This document shows positions 25,238 through 27,230 of a stretch of DNA of 27,230 nucleotides, piece by piece. The notes beneath the pieces are model-generated. The model was given only the letters and a program-made list of their open reading frames with translations. It was not told the origin of the DNA and did no database searches. The DNA comes from a bacterium. GTDB lineage: Bacteria; Zhuqueibacterota; Zhuqueibacteria; Zhuqueibacterales; Zhuqueibacteraceae. The first letter of the stretch is position 1. Every line of letters begins with the position of its first letter. The translations under genes and the position numbers were made by a program. The DNA lies in contig JBIOXB010000028.1 in the NCBI GenBank assembly GCA_044869275.1, positions 1 to 27,230 of the forward strand, read 5' to 3'.

Positions 25238-27043
25238 ATGTCTCTTGTACGAGAAAAGCAATTGGAACAAGCAAAGCTTTTTTTACTTAAGCTCCGGAGT
25301 ATCGCATGGCGCGCGCTGATTATTTCAATTGCGCACCATGGGCTCGGCTGTAGTGGAGCGGAAACGAATGAACAACCCAAACCTCAATCCCCAAAAGCCA
25401 CGCTCACGTCCTCGACATTCACGGATATGACTGCCTCTGCCGGCCTCGGCGAATTCCGGCATGTCTCTGGTGCGAATGGCGACAAATGGTTTCCGGAATC
25501 CATGGGCTCGGGCGGAGGATTTATTGACTACAATGGCGATGGCTGGATGGATATTATACTTGCCGGCGGAGGGGTATGGCCGAAGCAGCAAAGGGAAAAA
25601 TCAGTTCCCGCACTCTGGCTTTATCGCAGTAACGGCGATGGAACTTTCACGAATGTGACCAAAGCAGCAGGGTTGGCTGATTTGTCTGCTTACGGCTTCG
25701 GCGTCGCGGCCGCAGATTACGACAACGACGGCGACCAGGATTTCTACTTCACCACCCTTCATGAAGATATGTTGTTCCGCAACGACGGCGGCGTGTTTAC
25801 GGAGATTGGCAAGAGCGCCGGTGTTGCCGGCAAGCCGTGGTGGAGCAGCTCCGCCATCTTCTTCGACGCCGATCGCGACGGCCATCTCGACCTTTACGTC
25901 GGCTACTACGTTGACTGGTCGCCGGAAAAAGATTTGTGGTGCTCGCTCGACGGCAAGACCAAGAGTTACTGCACGCCCGAGCTTTACAAGGGCATTCCCG
26001 GGCGCTTCTATCGCAACAATGGCGACGGCACCTTCAGCGATCGCACCGAGCCCGCCGGTTTCGGAACTTCACCGGGAAAAACTCTGGGACTCGCCGAATT
26101 GGATTACAATCGCGATGGCTGGCCCGATCTCGCCGTGGCCAACGACACGCAGCGCAATTTGCTCTACAAAAACAACGGCAACGGCACCTTTTCCGAAATC
26201 GCGGCCATGAGCGGTGTGGCCTATGACGAGAACGGCCGCGCACGCGCCGGCATGGGCATCGACACGGGGATTGTGGATCGCACCGGAAATGAAACCATCT
26301 TCGTCGGTAATTTCTCCAAGGAGATGATCGCGGTGTTTCAGTATGCCGGCAATGATCTTTTCACGGACCGCGCCGCCGCTTCCAAAATCGGCCGCCTCAG
26401 CCTTTTGACACTGACGTTCGGTTTATTTCTTTTTGACTTCGATCTCGACGGCGACCTCGATCTTTTTGCCGCCAACGGACACGTGCAGCAAGATATCGAG
26501 ATCACGCAGGACGGCATCACCTATCGCGAGCCGCCGCATCTTTTTGCCAATAACGGCGAAGGATTTTTTACCGACGAGGCACCGCGTCTCGGCGGCGTCA
26601 TGACACAATCCCTCGTTGGCCGAGGCGCGGCTTACGCCGACTACGATCACGATGGCGACCTCGATATTCTCGTGACGGAAAACGGCGGCCCGGTGCATTT
26701 GTGGCGCAACGATTTAAGCAATGGCAACCATTATCTGCGCGTGCATGTGCAAGGCCGGCAGGGTAATCGCGATGGCATTGGAACGCGTGTCGTTGCTCTC
26801 GTTGACTCGCTGCGTATGGAACGCCGCCTCCGCACCGGCTCGAGCTTCCTGGTGAGCTCTGAAAAGGTCGCCACCTTTGGTTTGGGACAAGCGACGCAGG
26901 TTGACTCGCTGATCGTGTATTGGCTGCACGGGCGCGTTGATCGTTTTGCCCATGTCAAAGCCGATCGCAACGTGTTGCTCATTGAAGGCTCGGAAGAGCT
27001 GGTCGATTATCCCCAGGCACCGGCGCTGATCGCAAATAGATAA
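25238..27043 (+). CDS. CRTAC1-like FG-GAP / ASPIC-UnbV lipoprotein (paralog 3)
   Basis: Possible lipobox GLGC; 'PESMGSGGGFIDYNGDGWMDI', 'WCSLDGKTKSYCTPELY', 'RGAAYADYDHDGDLDIL' and a C-terminal ASPIC/UnbV region. Confidence 0.92.
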   Translation: MSLVREKQLEQAKLFLLKLRSIAWRALIISIAHHGLGCSGAETNEQPKPQSPKATLTSSTFTDMTASAGLGEFRHVSGANGDKWFPESMGSGGGFIDYNGDGWMDIILAGGGVWPKQQREKSVPALWLYRSNGDGTFTNVTKAAGLADLSAYGFGVAAADYDNDGDQDFYFTTLHEDMLFRNDGGVFTEIGKSAGVAGKPWWSSSAIFFDADRDGHLDLYVGYYVDWSPEKDLWCSLDGKTKSYCTPELYKGIPGRFYRNNGDGTFSDRTEPAGFGTSPGKTLGLAELDYNRDGWPDLAVANDTQRNLLYKNNGNGTFSEIAAMSGVAYDENGRARAGMGIDTGIVDRTGNETIFVGNFSKEMIAVFQYAGNDLFTDRAAASKIGRLSLLTLTFGLFLFDFDLDGDLDLFAANGHVQQDIEITQDGITYREPPHLFANNGEGFFTDEAPRLGGVMTQSLVGRGAAYADYDHDGDLDILVTENGGPVHLWRNDLSNGNHYLRVHVQGRQGNRDGIGTRVVALVDSLRMERRLRTGSSFLVSSEKVATFGLGQATQVDSLIVYWLHGRVDRFAHVKADRNVLLIEGSEELVDYPQAPALIANR

Positions 27044-27230
27044 TGACGGCATGCGCGCCATTGTCGAAAGCATACCGGCGGATGGGCACAGCAATGCGAA
27101 CTAAACTAGTACAACGGTTCATGAAAGTATTTACATCAATTTGCGATGGCAAAACCAAACTTTTTCCAACGATGAACCACGGGTGATTCATTAATTTCTG
27201 CGATGCCTTTGAGGATGCGCTCGCGCAATT

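Noticed and set aside
4666..27043. Enediyne or other secondary-metabolite cluster implied by UnbV domains
   Set aside because: No PKS, NRPS, thioesterase or tailoring genes in the window.
27044..27230. Gene or RNA at the right edge
   Set aside because: No convincing ORF, terminator or RNA motif in the available sequence.

Overview
Bacterial window, almost entirely on the + strand, dominated by cell-envelope proteins. The gene mix (PorV/PorQ barrel, GWxTD protein, heptamer-repeat palindromes) suggests an FCB-superphylum lineage such as KSB1/Calditrichota-like; this is inference. Left module (1-10.2 kb): the 3' part of a PorV/PorQ-family barrel, three paralogous TPR lipoproteins, a SurA/PrsA-like chaperone and two FG-GAP/ASPIC-UnbV (CRTAC1-like) proteins. 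Next comes a convergent TPR-GWxTD gene and a scarred intergenic region (IS4-like remnant, promoter, palindromes). Right module (13.6-27 kb): a membrane protein fusing a candidate di-heme cytochrome b domain, 4-5 c-type heme motifs and TPRs; an outer-membrane barrel; two more CRTAC1-like lipoproteins; an NrtS-like protein; and an exported Gfo/Idh/MocA + DUF1080 + ThuA-HEAT trio typical of 3-keto-glycoside cleavage. The best candidate for an undescribed system is the TPR / ASPIC-UnbV propeller / cytochrome b-c 'wire' envelope assembly. Several different small palindromic or MITE-like elements occupy the intergenic gaps, and one sits in frame in a gene start. All family calls come from motif recognition by eye; no searches were run.
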